A stretch of 64,000 bases of DNA from an uncultured Clostridium sp. (GTDB lineage Bacteria > Bacillota > Clostridia > TANB77 > CAG-508), in assembly GCA_902491155.1 (NCBI GenBank), contig CABUGH010000005.1, positions 6,516 through 70,515 on the forward strand, given 5' to 3'. The first letter of the stretch is position 1, and each line of letters starts with the position of its first letter. The notes beneath the pieces were generated by a model. It was given only the letters and a program-made list of their open reading frames with translations. It did no database searches and was not told the DNA's origin. Shown here piece after piece: positions 10,175 to 19,804 of this stretch. The position numbers and the translations under genes are program-made.

Positions 10175-10753
10175 ATGCAAGACTTAATAGAAATTAGATG
10201 GCATGGTAGAGGAGGTCAAGGTGCTAAAACTGCATCATTACTATTAGCAGATGCTGCATTTAATACTGGGAAATATATTCAAGGATTTCCTGAATATGGT
10301 CCTGAAAGAATGGGTGCTCCTATTACGGCATATAACAGAATTAGTAGTAAACCAATAACTATACATAGTAATATTTATGAACCTGATTATGTAGTCGTTG
10401 TTGATGATACCCTTTTGGAATCTGTTGATGTAACTGCTGGATTAAAATCTGATGGTGCCATTGTTATTAACACAACAAAATCACCTGAATATTTAAAAAG
10501 TGTTTTAAAAGGTTATCAAGGTAATATTTATACAATTGATGCAAGAAAAGTATCTATGGAAACTTTAGGAAGATATTTTCCAAATACTCCTATGCTTGCA
10601 GCTATTGTTAAAGTTAGTAAAATAATGAATGATGAAGATTTCATAAATGATATGAAAGGTTCTTTTAAACATAAATTTGCTAAGAAGCCTGAAGTTATAG
10701 ATGGCAATATGAAAGCTATTGAAATGGCTCTTAATGAAGTGCATAAAATTTAA
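10175..10753 (+). CDS. porG: 2-oxoacid (pyruvate-type):ferredoxin oxidoreductase, gamma subunit
   Basis: 192 aa, IRWHGRGGQGAKTAS.. is the gamma-subunit signature. First gene of a four-gene operon. Confidence 0.85.
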   Translation: MQDLIEIRWHGRGGQGAKTASLLLADAAFNTGKYIQGFPEYGPERMGAPITAYNRISSKPITIHSNIYEPDYVVVVDDTLLESVDVTAGLKSDGAIVINTTKSPEYLKSVLKGYQGNIYTIDARKVSMETLGRYFPNTPMLAAIVKVSKIMNDEDFINDMKGSFKHKFAKKPEVIDGNMKAIEMALNEVHKI

Positions 10754-10789
10754 TTTCATATATATTACATTTAGAAGGAGGTTTGTAAA

Positions 10790-11089
10790 ATGACTGAAAT
10801 TAATAATAAAACCCCAATGGAAAAATTGACAATTGGTGGAGATATTTATACAGCTGGAAATGCCAGAGAATTTAAAACTGGTGATTGGAGAAGTATGCGC
10901 CCTGTTTTTGATGAAGAGAAATGTAAACAGTGTGGTTTATGCTTCCCTGTTTGTCCAGAAGATTCTATTCCAGTTGATAAAGAAACTTTAAAAAGAAAAG
11001 ATTTTAATTTTGATTATTGTAAAGGCTGTGGAGTATGTGCAAAAGTATGTCCTTTTGGAGCTATTACAATGAGGGAAGAAGGTGTATAA
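10790..11089 (+). CDS. porD: 2-oxoacid:ferredoxin oxidoreductase, delta subunit (2x[4Fe-4S])
   Basis: 99 aa with CKQCGLCFPVCP and CKGCGVCAKVCP cluster motifs. Confidence 0.85.
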   Translation: MTEINNKTPMEKLTIGGDIYTAGNAREFKTGDWRSMRPVFDEEKCKQCGLCFPVCPEDSIPVDKETLKRKDFNFDYCKGCGVCAKVCPFGAITMREEGV

Positions 11090-11090
11090 A

Positions 11091-12281
11091 ATGAGTATTC
11101 GTGAAAGATTAAGTGGTAATGAAGCTGCTGCAACTGCTATGAAACAAATAAATCCAGATGTTGTTGCTGCATTCCCTATTACTCCATCTACAGAAATTCC
11201 TCAATATTTTTCTACATTTGTTTCAAATGGTGTAGTTGATACTGAATTTGTTGCTGTAGAAAGTGAGCATAGTGCTATGAGCGCTTGTATTGGTGCGGAA
11301 GCTGCAGGATCAAGAGCTATGACTGCAACATCTGCTAATGGTTTATCTTTAATGTGGGAAATGATTTACATAGCTTCAAGTTTAAGGCTTCCTATAGTTC
11401 TATCTTTAGTAAACCGTGCTGTTTCAGGTCCTTTAAATATTCATTGTGATCATTCTGATGCTATGGGTGTTAGAGATGCTGGTTGGATTATGTTATTTTC
11501 TGAAAATAATCAAGAAGCTTATGACAATTTATTAATGGCTCATAGAATTGCTGAAAACGAAAATGTTAGATTACCTTTAATGGTTTGTCAAGATGGTTTT
11601 ATTACTTCTCATTCTATTGAAAATATTGAGTTAGAAGAAGATAGTGAAGTTAAAAAATTTGTTGGTGAATATCATCCTGAACATTATTTATTAAATGATA
11701 AAGAACCTATTGCAATTGGTCCTCTTGATTTACAAGCTTATTTATTCGAACATAAAGCTCAACAAGGTGAAGCTATGAAGGCTGCTAAAAATGTTATTTT
11801 GGAAGTTAGCAAAGATTTTGAAAAATGGACTGGCAGACATTATGGTCTTTTTGAGGAATATAAATTAGATGATAGTGATATTGCTATTGTTTGCATGAAT
11901 TCGACTGCTGGAACTACAAAGGCTGTTGTTGATGAATTAAGAGAAAAAGGTATCAAAGCTGGTTTATTAAAAATTAGAGTGTATAGACCTTTCCCTGGAG
12001 AAGAAGTTGCTAAAGCATTAGCTAATTGTAAAGCTGTTGCTGTTTTGGATAAAGCTGATTCTTTAAATGCTATTGGTGGTGCTTTATTTGAGGATGTTAC
12101 ATCTAGTATGTATGTTGCAGATAAACATGTTCCTTTAGTTAATTATGTTTATGGTATTGGTGGTAGAGATACTACAACTAAAGAAATTAATTCTGTTTAT
12201 ACTGACTTAATCGAAATTGCTAAAAATGGTAAAGTTGAAAATCCTTATCGTTATTTAGGTTTAAGAAAGGAGGAAAATTAG
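11091..12281 (+). CDS. porA: 2-oxoacid:ferredoxin oxidoreductase, alpha subunit
   Basis: GNEAAATAMKQINPDVVAAFPITPSTEI.. is typical of the family. ATG 11091 lies 8 nt after a GAAGG RBS. Confidence 0.88.
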   Translation: MSIRERLSGNEAAATAMKQINPDVVAAFPITPSTEIPQYFSTFVSNGVVDTEFVAVESEHSAMSACIGAEAAGSRAMTATSANGLSLMWEMIYIASSLRLPIVLSLVNRAVSGPLNIHCDHSDAMGVRDAGWIMLFSENNQEAYDNLLMAHRIAENENVRLPLMVCQDGFITSHSIENIELEEDSEVKKFVGEYHPEHYLLNDKEPIAIGPLDLQAYLFEHKAQQGEAMKAAKNVILEVSKDFEKWTGRHYGLFEEYKLDDSDIAIVCMNSTAGTTKAVVDELREKGIKAGLLKIRVYRPFPGEEVAKALANCKAVAVLDKADSLNAIGGALFEDVTSSMYVADKHVPLVNYVYGIGGRDTTTKEINSVYTDLIEIAKNGKVENPYRYLGLRKEEN

Positions 12282-13235
12282 ATGGCTTATAATGTAAAAG
12301 ATGTTGTTGCAAATAAACCTTCAAGATTTACAGAAGGTCATAGAATGTGTGCAGGTTGTGGTGCTCCTGTTGTTGCCAGAATGGTTATGAGAGCTTTAAA
12401 AGAAGAGGATCATGCTGTTGTTGCTAATGCAACTGGTTGTATGGAGGTTTCTACTTTTATTTATCCTTATACTGCTTGGACAGATTCTTTTATTCATACT
12501 GCATTCGAGTGTGCAGGTGCTACACTTTCTGGTGTTGAAGCAGCTTATAAATCTTTAAGAAGACAAGGTAAATTACCAGATGATAAACATACTAAATTCG
12601 TTGCTTTTGGTGGAGATGGTGGTACATATGATATAGGTTTGCAATCTTTATCAGGTGCTATGGAAAGAGGTCATGACATGACTTATGTTTGTTATGATAA
12701 TGGTGCTTATATGAACACTGGTATTCAACGTTCTTCTGCAACTCCAAAGTTTGCTGATACTACTACATCTCCTGCTGGTTCTGTTATACCTGGTAAAATG
12801 CAAGCTAGAAAGGATTTGGCAAAAATTATGGTTGGCCATCATTTGCCATATGTTGCTCAAACTGCTGCTTTTATGAATTTTAAAGATTTATATGAAAAAT
12901 CAGAAAAGGCTATTTATACAGAAGGGCCAACATTTTTGAATGTTTTATCTCCTTGTCCTAGAGGTTGGGGCTATGCTACAGAAGATTTAATGGCTATTAA
13001 TAAATTGGCTATTGATACTTGTTACTGGCCTTTATATGAAGTTATTAATGGTGTTTATCATATTACTTATAAACCTGCTAAAAAACTTCCTATAGAAGAA
13101 TTTTTGAGACCTCAAAAACGTTTTAAACATATGTTTAAACCTGGTAATGAATGGATGATTGATGAATTTCAAAAAGAAGTTGATGCTAGATGGCAAGAAC
13201 TTTTGAATTTAGAAAATTTGACAAATAATCAATAA
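12282..13235 (+). CDS. porB: 2-oxoacid:ferredoxin oxidoreductase, beta subunit (TPP-binding)
   Basis: CAGCGAP, GGDGGTYDIG and YDNGAYMNTG form the TPP/Fe-S motif set. Confidence 0.88.
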   Translation: MAYNVKDVVANKPSRFTEGHRMCAGCGAPVVARMVMRALKEEDHAVVANATGCMEVSTFIYPYTAWTDSFIHTAFECAGATLSGVEAAYKSLRRQGKLPDDKHTKFVAFGGDGGTYDIGLQSLSGAMERGHDMTYVCYDNGAYMNTGIQRSSATPKFADTTTSPAGSVIPGKMQARKDLAKIMVGHHLPYVAQTAAFMNFKDLYEKSEKAIYTEGPTFLNVLSPCPRGWGYATEDLMAINKLAIDTCYWPLYEVINGVYHITYKPAKKLPIEEFLRPQKRFKHMFKPGNEWMIDEFQKEVDARWQELLNLENLTNNQ

Positions 13236-13255
13236 TATTATATAGTGTATATAGT

Positions 13256-13303
13256 TCCGTGTGATGTTTATATTTTATTTTATTTCATTACACGGATTTT
13301 ATT
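13256..13303 (+). terminator. terminator after porB
   Basis: 11-bp stem TCCGTGTGATG / CATTACACGGA (one G-U pair), a loop of about 19 nt, then TTTT. Confidence 0.6.
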
Positions 13304-13319
13304 GTAGGAGGACTTTATT

Positions 13320-14411
13320 TTGGAAGAGAAAAATAGTAAGTTTCAAGAAAACTCAGATATTAATGAGTTGAATGTTAATATTGATAAGCAAAACAAGAAA
13401 AAGATGGCTTTTAATTTTGTTCTTATTGCTATTATTTTTATTGCTTTAATCATATATATGATTTCAGTTGATGGAATTGATAATATTGTTAATGTTTTAA
13501 CACATGTTAATTATTCTTGGGTTATTGCTGGCTTTGTATGTTTGCTGATACAGTGGTTTTCAGAATCTTATGCCCTACATTTGCCTATAAAAAAGATGTA
13601 TCCTAATCAGAAATTTTCTAATTCTTTTAAGGTAAATATGATTGGTCAATTGTTTAATAATCTTACTCCTTTTTCCACAGGTGGTCAGCCTATGCAAGCA
13701 TATGAACTTAATAAAACTGGAAAACGTGTTAGTGATTCTTTATCTGCTATGGCTGTAAAATTTGTTGTTGCTCAATCTTCTTTATTGTTATTTACTTTTA
13801 TAGTTGTTATTTTTGAGTTTGACTTTTTTTCTAAGTCTTTACAAAATTTTTTATGGCTTGCTATTGTTGGTTTTTCTATGAATTTAATTGGTATTTCTGC
13901 TGTTATATTAGCTGGATTTAATAAAAAAGCTATTACTTCTATTGTTAATCCTATTATTCGCTTTTTAGGAAAGATTAAGATTTTAAAACATACTGAAGAT
14001 GTTATTGAAAATTTTTCTAATAGTATTGATAATTTTAGAGATCAATTTAAAATTATTCGCTCTGAAAAGGCTATGATTTTAAAGATGTTTATCGCTTCTA
14101 CTTTACAAAATTTTGCTAATTTTTCTATTACTTATATGGTTTATCGTGCTTTTGGCAATTTTGGAATTGGTTTTTGGCAAATTATTCCTCTACAGGCTTT
14201 TTTAGTATTAGTTATGGCTGTTATTCCTACTCCTGGCGCTGGCTTGGGTGCTGAAGGTGGATTTTTGCTTTTGTTTAATTCTATCTTTCTTCCTGGAACT
14301 ATAAATATGGCTATTCTTTTTTGGAGATTATATACTTTTTATATTCCTATTATTGTTGGTGCTTTTTTCTTAATTCCAACAAGTTTAAAAGAAAAAATAA
14401 GTACAAACTAA
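13320..14411 (+). CDS. UPF0104 / flippase-like (lysylphosphatidylglycerol-synthase TM-region family) membrane protein
   Basis: 363 aa and polytopic, with the family-like segments NLTPFSTGGQPMQAYEL and IPTPGAGLGAEGGF. TTG start lies 8 nt after GGAGG. Confidence 0.6.
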   Translation: MEEKNSKFQENSDINELNVNIDKQNKKKMAFNFVLIAIIFIALIIYMISVDGIDNIVNVLTHVNYSWVIAGFVCLLIQWFSESYALHLPIKKMYPNQKFSNSFKVNMIGQLFNNLTPFSTGGQPMQAYELNKTGKRVSDSLSAMAVKFVVAQSSLLLFTFIVVIFEFDFFSKSLQNFLWLAIVGFSMNLIGISAVILAGFNKKAITSIVNPIIRFLGKIKILKHTEDVIENFSNSIDNFRDQFKIIRSEKAMILKMFIASTLQNFANFSITYMVYRAFGNFGIGFWQIIPLQAFLVLVMAVIPTPGAGLGAEGGFLLLFNSIFLPGTINMAILFWRLYTFYIPIIVGAFFLIPTSLKEKISTN

Positions 14412-14454
14412 AAAGGGCTTGCGCGCATTTTTGTTGTTCTGCAAACCCTTTTTA
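14411..14454. terminator. hairpin between convergent genes (candidate bidirectional terminator)
   Basis: Stem AAAAGGGCTTGC / GCAAACCCTTTT, flanked by an A-run and a T-run. Confidence 0.5.
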
Positions 14455-14457
14455 TAA

Positions 14458-14637
14458 TTAATTTTCATCCTCGCTTATTGGTGCTCCAACAGGACAAGTT
14501 CCTGCACAAGTACCACAAGAAATACATGCATTTGGATCTATTTCAAATCTTTCTTCTCCTTGTGTTATACATTGTACAGGACAAGCTGCTGCACATGCTC
14601 CACAAGAAATACATTTATCTGTAATCTTATATGCCAA
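14458..14637 (-). CDS. fdx: clostridial-type 2x[4Fe-4S] ferredoxin
   Basis: AYKITDKCISCGACAAACPV..CISCGTCAGTCPVGAP. The start is most likely TTG 14637, 6 nt after GGAGGTG, which gives the classical MAYKI N-terminus. Confidence 0.85.
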   Translation of the reverse strand: MAYKITDKCISCGACAAACPVQCITQGEERFEIDPNACISCGTCAGTCPVGAPISEDEN

Positions 14638-14638
14638 T

Positions 14639-15559
14639 TTACTCACCTCCCTTAATGTCTAATTCTTCTAGCTTTTCTAGTTCTTCTAATTCTTTTTTGT
14701 GCTGTTTTTCTTCTTCACCTATCTTTTCTTTTGAACTGTCTTTTATTATTTTTAAGTCTTTTACATCATATCTTTTATATGAAAAACCTTCTTCATTTTT
14801 TAATTTAACTTTTACTCTTTCTCTTAGTGTTTCTATTCCTTCAACTTCTCCAACCCCATCTTCTGTCTTTACAATTGCACCTATATTAGGTAATTTTTTT
14901 AATTTTTTCTGATATACTTCATCTTCATATTTTAAGCAACACATTAGTCTTCCACAATTTCCTGAAATTTTTGATGGATTTAAAGATAAATTTTGTTCTT
15001 TAGCCATTTTTATTGATACTGCTTCAAAATCACTTAAAAATGAGCAACAACATAATTCTCTTCCACATATTCCATTTCCACCAATCCTTTTTACCTCATC
15101 TCTTACTCCTATTTGTCGTAATTCAATTCTTGTTTTATAGATTCCTGCTAAATCTTTTACTAAATTTCTAAAGTCTATTCTTCCATCTGCTATAAAATAA
15201 AATAGAATTTTGCTATTATCAAATTTGCATTCTACATCTGTTAAACACATTTTTAATTTATGTTCTTTTATTTTTTTTTCGCATATTTTAAATGCTTCTT
15301 TTTCTATTTTTTTACATTCGTCATAACGTTTATAGTCTTTATATGTTGCAATTCTTAGTACTTTTTTTAATGGTCCTATTATTTTTTCGTCATCTACATG
15401 GCGATTTGGAATTACAACCTCTCCTATTTCCTCTCCTTGTGTTGTTTCTACAATTACTTTATCTCCTTTTTTTATGTGTAAATTTTTTGGATTGAAGAAA
15501 TAGATTTTTCCTAATTTTTTAAATCTGACTCCTATTATATTTTTCAAAATTTTACCCAC
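14639..15559 (-). CDS. ricT: PSP1-domain protein RicT/YaaT (stage 0 sporulation protein YaaT-like)
   Basis: 306 aa. VIGVRFKKLGKIYFF and the Cys cluster GICGRELCCCSF..CGRLMCCLKYE are present. It sits downstream of holB as in Bacilli, and has an extra acidic/Lys-rich tail. Confidence 0.8.
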   Translation of the reverse strand: MGKILKNIIGVRFKKLGKIYFFNPKNLHIKKGDKVIVETTQGEEIGEVVIPNRHVDDEKIIGPLKKVLRIATYKDYKRYDECKKIEKEAFKICEKKIKEHKLKMCLTDVECKFDNSKILFYFIADGRIDFRNLVKDLAGIYKTRIELRQIGVRDEVKRIGGNGICGRELCCCSFLSDFEAVSIKMAKEQNLSLNPSKISGNCGRLMCCLKYEDEVYQKKLKKLPNIGAIVKTEDGVGEVEGIETLRERVKVKLKNEEGFSYKRYDVKDLKIIKDSSKEKIGEEEKQHKKELEELEKLEELDIKGGE

Positions 15560-15565
15560 TTTCTT

Positions 15566-16453
15566 TTATCTTGTTTTTTCTTTCATTTTTAATAGCATAT
15601 TGTCTATAGTCATATCATAATTTGCATTTGATTGCAACCTTTTCTTTGTGTCTTCTACTATCTCTATACATTCTGAGTACTTATAATTTTCTTTTGCCAT
15701 TTCTAATAATAATATATTTATATATTGTAAAATATCTTGTATTCTTTCTTTTGAATTAAATAAAATTTGTGTTTTCTGAAAAATGTCTATAATATTTTCT
15801 TGGGCTAGATTTTCAATAAACTCGTGTATGCTTTCATATTCTTCTTGTCTATCTTTTATTTCTAAAGCTTTTCCTATACTTCCTCCACATGCTTTTAGAA
15901 TTCTTTTATCTTTGAAGTATATTTGTTGTGTGTCTAAGTATTCTTCAATTTTGTGTTGTGGTATATCTTTAAACCTTAGTATTGTACAACGTGATTTTAT
16001 TGTGCTTAAAAAGGCATTTTCATTTGTGCCTATTAATATAATTGTTATATACTTTGGTGGCTCTTCTAGTGTTTTTAATAAACAATTTTGTGCCTCTGTT
16101 GTCATTTTATCGCTATTATCTATTATATATACCTTTTGGTTTGATATTATTGGCTTTTCAACTACTTTTCTTTGTATTTCTCTTATTTGTTCTATTTTTA
16201 TACTGTTCTCATCTGGTTCTAATATTACAAAGTCTGGATTATTGTTGTCATCAAATTCTATGCATGATTTGCAAGTATTGCAGTATTTATCATTATTTAG
16301 GCATAACAATGCTTTTGCGAATTCTTTTGCTATTTGTTTTTTTCCTATTCCTTCTGTTCCCACAAATAGGTAACTGTGTGATGTTCTATTATTTTTTATC
16401 GCTTGTTTTAACAAGTTTTGTATTTCATCATTTCCTATAATTTTATTAAACAT
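15566..16453 (-). CDS. holB: DNA polymerase III subunit delta prime
   Basis: HSYLFVGTEGIGKK P-loop-like box, a CNTCKSC zinc module and a KTLEEPP box. Confidence 0.8.
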   Translation of the reverse strand: MFNKIIGNDEIQNLLKQAIKNNRTSHSYLFVGTEGIGKKQIAKEFAKALLCLNNDKYCNTCKSCIEFDDNNNPDFVILEPDENSIKIEQIREIQRKVVEKPIISNQKVYIIDNSDKMTTEAQNCLLKTLEEPPKYITIILIGTNENAFLSTIKSRCTILRFKDIPQHKIEEYLDTQQIYFKDKRILKACGGSIGKALEIKDRQEEYESIHEFIENLAQENIIDIFQKTQILFNSKERIQDILQYINILLLEMAKENYKYSECIEIVEDTKKRLQSNANYDMTIDNMLLKMKEKTR

Positions 16454-16462
16454 CTTTTTCTC

Positions 16463-17104
16463 CTATTTTACTTTACCCCATAAATTTAATGGCCAAATTC
16501 TGATGGCTACTTTACTTTCTATTTTTTCTAGTGGGATGCATCCAAATTCTCTACAATCTGTACTGTGTCCTCTATTGTCTCCCATTGCAAATACGCAGTT
16601 TTGTGGTACTCTGAAATCATCTAATCCTTTTACTTTTGCTGATGTTGTAACTCCTCCTGCTAAATAGTCTTCTTTCAATTTTTCGTCATTTACATATACA
16701 TTTCCATCTTTTATTTCTACTTTGTCTCCTGGTAATGCTATTACTCTTTTTATATAGCTATCTTTTCCAATTTCTACTACATAGTATAAGAATTTCTTTA
16801 TTGGATTTGTTGGTTCATTATTATATGTTGCAATTGGTTCTTTGCCATCTAAGTCATTTCCTGAATATATTATGCTTGGTGCTTCAAATGTTATTATATC
16901 TCCTTTGTTTGGAAGTGTTTTTGTTGTTCTTCCCCATCTGTTTAGCCACAATCTCTGATTTTGTATTAGTGTTGGCTTCATGGATTCTTGTTTTACTATT
17001 GTTGGTGTACCTATAAAATATCTAAATAATAATGCTAAAATTATTGCTATTATTATACAATATACCCACTCTAATGCTTCTTTTACTTCTGGTTTTAAAC
17101 TCAT
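16463..17104 (-). CDS. lepB: signal peptidase I
   Basis: N-terminal TM, SMKPTL (catalytic Ser box), and GDNRGHSTDCREFG box E. Confidence 0.85.
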   Translation of the reverse strand: MSLKPEVKEALEWVYCIIIAIILALLFRYFIGTPTIVKQESMKPTLIQNQRLWLNRWGRTTKTLPNKGDIITFEAPSIIYSGNDLDGKEPIATYNNEPTNPIKKFLYYVVEIGKDSYIKRVIALPGDKVEIKDGNVYVNDEKLKEDYLAGGVTTSAKVKGLDDFRVPQNCVFAMGDNRGHSTDCREFGCIPLEKIESKVAIRIWPLNLWGKVK

Positions 17105-17200
17105 CTTTTATTCTTCCTTCCTTGAAGCAAATGCTTTATTTGCTTTTCGTGTTTTTTCCTTAATTATTATAACTTATTTTTTTGTATTTATCAAGAACTT

Positions 17201-18574
17201 TTAGTTTTGTTTTGTTGGAATTCTTACTACAACTTCTGTTCCTTTTCCTACTTCACTTTTTATATCTATGCTTCCTCCATTTTTGTCAAGTATTTCTTTG
17301 GCTATAGATAACCCTAATCCAGTGCCACCTAATTCTCTTGTGCGTGCTTTATCTACCCTATAAAACCTTTCAAATATTCTTGTTAAGTCTTCTTCTGGTA
17401 TTCCTATTCCATTGTCAATTATCTTTATGTATGCATCTGTATATACAAAACCTACATATATCTTTATTTCTCCACCATCTTTTGTGTATTTTATGCTATT
17501 TGTTAATATATTTAATATAACTCTTTGTATATCATCTTTGTCCGCATATACTGGTGGTACATCTGCTGTTACAAAACAGTTTACATTATGTCCTTTTTTC
17601 TTTATTTCTATTGCTAGCTTTTCCTGTGATTTTTTTACGAGTTCACCTAGATCAAATGATTCTTTTTTTGTTTTCTTTTTATTACTATCATATCTTGATA
17701 ATGTTAGCAAATCTGTTACCAATCTTGCCATTCTTCTTGATTCTGATGCTATTACATTTAAAAACTTTATTTTTGTTTCTTCATCATATCCACCTTCTAG
17801 CAAAGTATCTGCATATCCCATTATTGATGTTATTGGTGTTTTTAGTTCATGTGATACATCTGCTACAAATTCTTTTTGCATATTGTCCAATTTTACATGT
17901 TCTGTTATGTCTTGTATTACTGCTATTACTCCATCTGGTCGTTCTTTCTCATCTTTAAATGGTGCAAAAAACACATTTACATATCTTTCTTCTACTTGCA
18001 TACGTTGTTCTGTTGATGTCCAGTTCTCTAAATATATTATTTTTTCCATATTAATATCTAATTTAAATTTTGTAAAAATGTCTTCAAATGTATTGTCTTC
18101 TGGTCTTATACTCAATAATTTTTTTGCTGCAGGATTTATTAATATTATTTCTCCTGCTCTATTAAATGCTATTATTCCATCTGTCATGTGTAATAATATT
18201 GTTTCTATTTGATTTTTTTGTGTTGATACTTCACTTAGCTTGTCCTTTAATTCTATAGTCATTGCATCTATTACGTTTTCTAAATTTCCATTTGTTTTTT
18301 TAGAACTTTTCTTTTCTTTTTTATCATTTTTTTCTTCTGCTTTTATTTCTTCTGCACTTTCTATTAGTTTATTAATTGGATACATTACATATTTTGATAT
18401 ATATTTGTATATATAGATTCCTATTATTATTGTTGCAACTATTGCAATTGATATATATATAATTGCATTTATTTTTGTATTGGTTTTATAGCATGCTACT
18501 CCTATTATAGATATTAATATTATTTGAGTAATGCACATAAGTAATATTATTTTAGATTGAGTGTTTTTTAACAT
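17201..18574 (-). CDS. sensor histidine kinase, WalK/PhoR-like
   Basis: Two TMs separated by an outer loop of only about 7 aa, a cytoplasmic PAS domain, H-box SHELKTPITSI, N-box ILTNSIKYT, and G-boxes DNGIGIP / GGTGLGLSIAKE. Its start overlaps the murG stop by 7 nt. Confidence 0.85.
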   Translation of the reverse strand: MLKNTQSKIILLMCITQIILISIIGVACYKTNTKINAIIYISIAIVATIIIGIYIYKYISKYVMYPINKLIESAEEIKAEEKNDKKEKKSSKKTNGNLENVIDAMTIELKDKLSEVSTQKNQIETILLHMTDGIIAFNRAGEIILINPAAKKLLSIRPEDNTFEDIFTKFKLDINMEKIIYLENWTSTEQRMQVEERYVNVFFAPFKDEKERPDGVIAVIQDITEHVKLDNMQKEFVADVSHELKTPITSIMGYADTLLEGGYDEETKIKFLNVIASESRRMARLVTDLLTLSRYDSNKKKTKKESFDLGELVKKSQEKLAIEIKKKGHNVNCFVTADVPPVYADKDDIQRVILNILTNSIKYTKDGGEIKIYVGFVYTDAYIKIIDNGIGIPEEDLTRIFERFYRVDKARTRELGGTGLGLSIAKEILDKNGGSIDIKSEVGKGTEVVVRIPTKQN

Positions 18575-19701
18575 TTTTTCTTTCCCTTCTCATCTACCAA
18601 TTCTCTTATTTCTTTATATATTTTACTTTCCGCATCTTTTGTTGAGGCTTTTAGTGCATTTTTTCCCATTTCTATTGCTTTGTTTCCTTGCAATATTTCC
18701 ATTATTGTTTTTTGTAAATTCTCATATTTTAGCTCATTATCTAATATGATTTTTGCTGCACCTATTTTTTCTAATACTTGCGCATTATATAATTGATGAT
18801 TATGACTTACATTTGGTAATGGTATTAATATTGATGGTTTTCCTAAATTTGCTATTTCTGTTATTGTCATCGCTCCACTTCTTGCTACTATTAAATCTGA
18901 TACATTCATTATTTCTTCCATGTTGTAGATATATGGAACTATTTTTGAGTTTTTTACATTATTAATTGATATTTTTTCTTCTTCTAATTTTTCTTTAATT
19001 ATCTCGTATTGTTTTGGTCCTGTCGCCCACATTATTTGATATTCTTCATTTGCTTCTTGTTTTATTATTTCTACTATTGCTTCATTAATTCTTTGAGCTC
19101 CCTGACTTCCACCAAAAATTAGTACAACTGGTTTGTCAGTTTTTAATCCAGCATTTTTTAATATTTGATTTTTTTCTGTTTGTGTATATTCTTTTTTTTG
19201 TGTTTTTACTGGTGTTCCTGTAAATACTACATTATTTTTAGTTTGAATTCTTGGTATTGCATCTTTAAAAGATACCATTATTGTATCTGTCTTTTTTGCT
19301 AGCATTTTTACTGCTTTTCCTGGAAATGCATTGCTTTCGTGTAACATTGTTGGTATTTTTAATTTATTTGCTTCCCATATTGTTGCTCCACAGATATATC
19401 CACCTGTTCCTATTACTACATCTGGCTTAAATTTTTCTATTATTTCTTTTGCTTCTTTAAAACCTTGTATTGTTTTTATTGTTTTTTTAATATTTTCTAG
19501 CGTTATTTTTTTACTTAGCCCATACGCATCTATTGTTTTTAACTCATATCCTGCTCTAGGTACTAAATCATTTTCTAAACCTCTTGTTGTTCCTATAAAT
19601 ATTATCTTCGAGTTTTTTTCTTCTTTTTTTATTTTGTTTGCTATTGCTAATCCTGGATTTATATGTCCTGCTGTTCCTGCAGCTGCTATTATTACTCTCA
19701 T
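18568..19701 (-). CDS. murG: undecaprenyldiphospho-muramoylpentapeptide beta-N-acetylglucosaminyltransferase
   Basis: AAGTAGHINPGLAIA and FGGSQGAQRIN motifs. 377 aa. Confidence 0.9.
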   Translation of the reverse strand: MRVIIAAAGTAGHINPGLAIANKIKKEEKNSKIIFIGTTRGLENDLVPRAGYELKTIDAYGLSKKITLENIKKTIKTIQGFKEAKEIIEKFKPDVVIGTGGYICGATIWEANKLKIPTMLHESNAFPGKAVKMLAKKTDTIMVSFKDAIPRIQTKNNVVFTGTPVKTQKKEYTQTEKNQILKNAGLKTDKPVVLIFGGSQGAQRINEAIVEIIKQEANEEYQIMWATGPKQYEIIKEKLEEEKISINNVKNSKIVPYIYNMEEIMNVSDLIVARSGAMTITEIANLGKPSILIPLPNVSHNHQLYNAQVLEKIGAAKIILDNELKYENLQKTIMEILQGNKAIEMGKNALKASTKDAESKIYKEIRELVDEKGKKKC

Positions 19702-19804
19702 TTTTTTCTTCCTTTCGTTTTAATGTTTTGAGATGTTTTTGTGGACTGACTCAAAAAACACCTTTATGAAAGGTGCTTTTTTGCTTCGTCCCCATAAACA
19801 CCTT

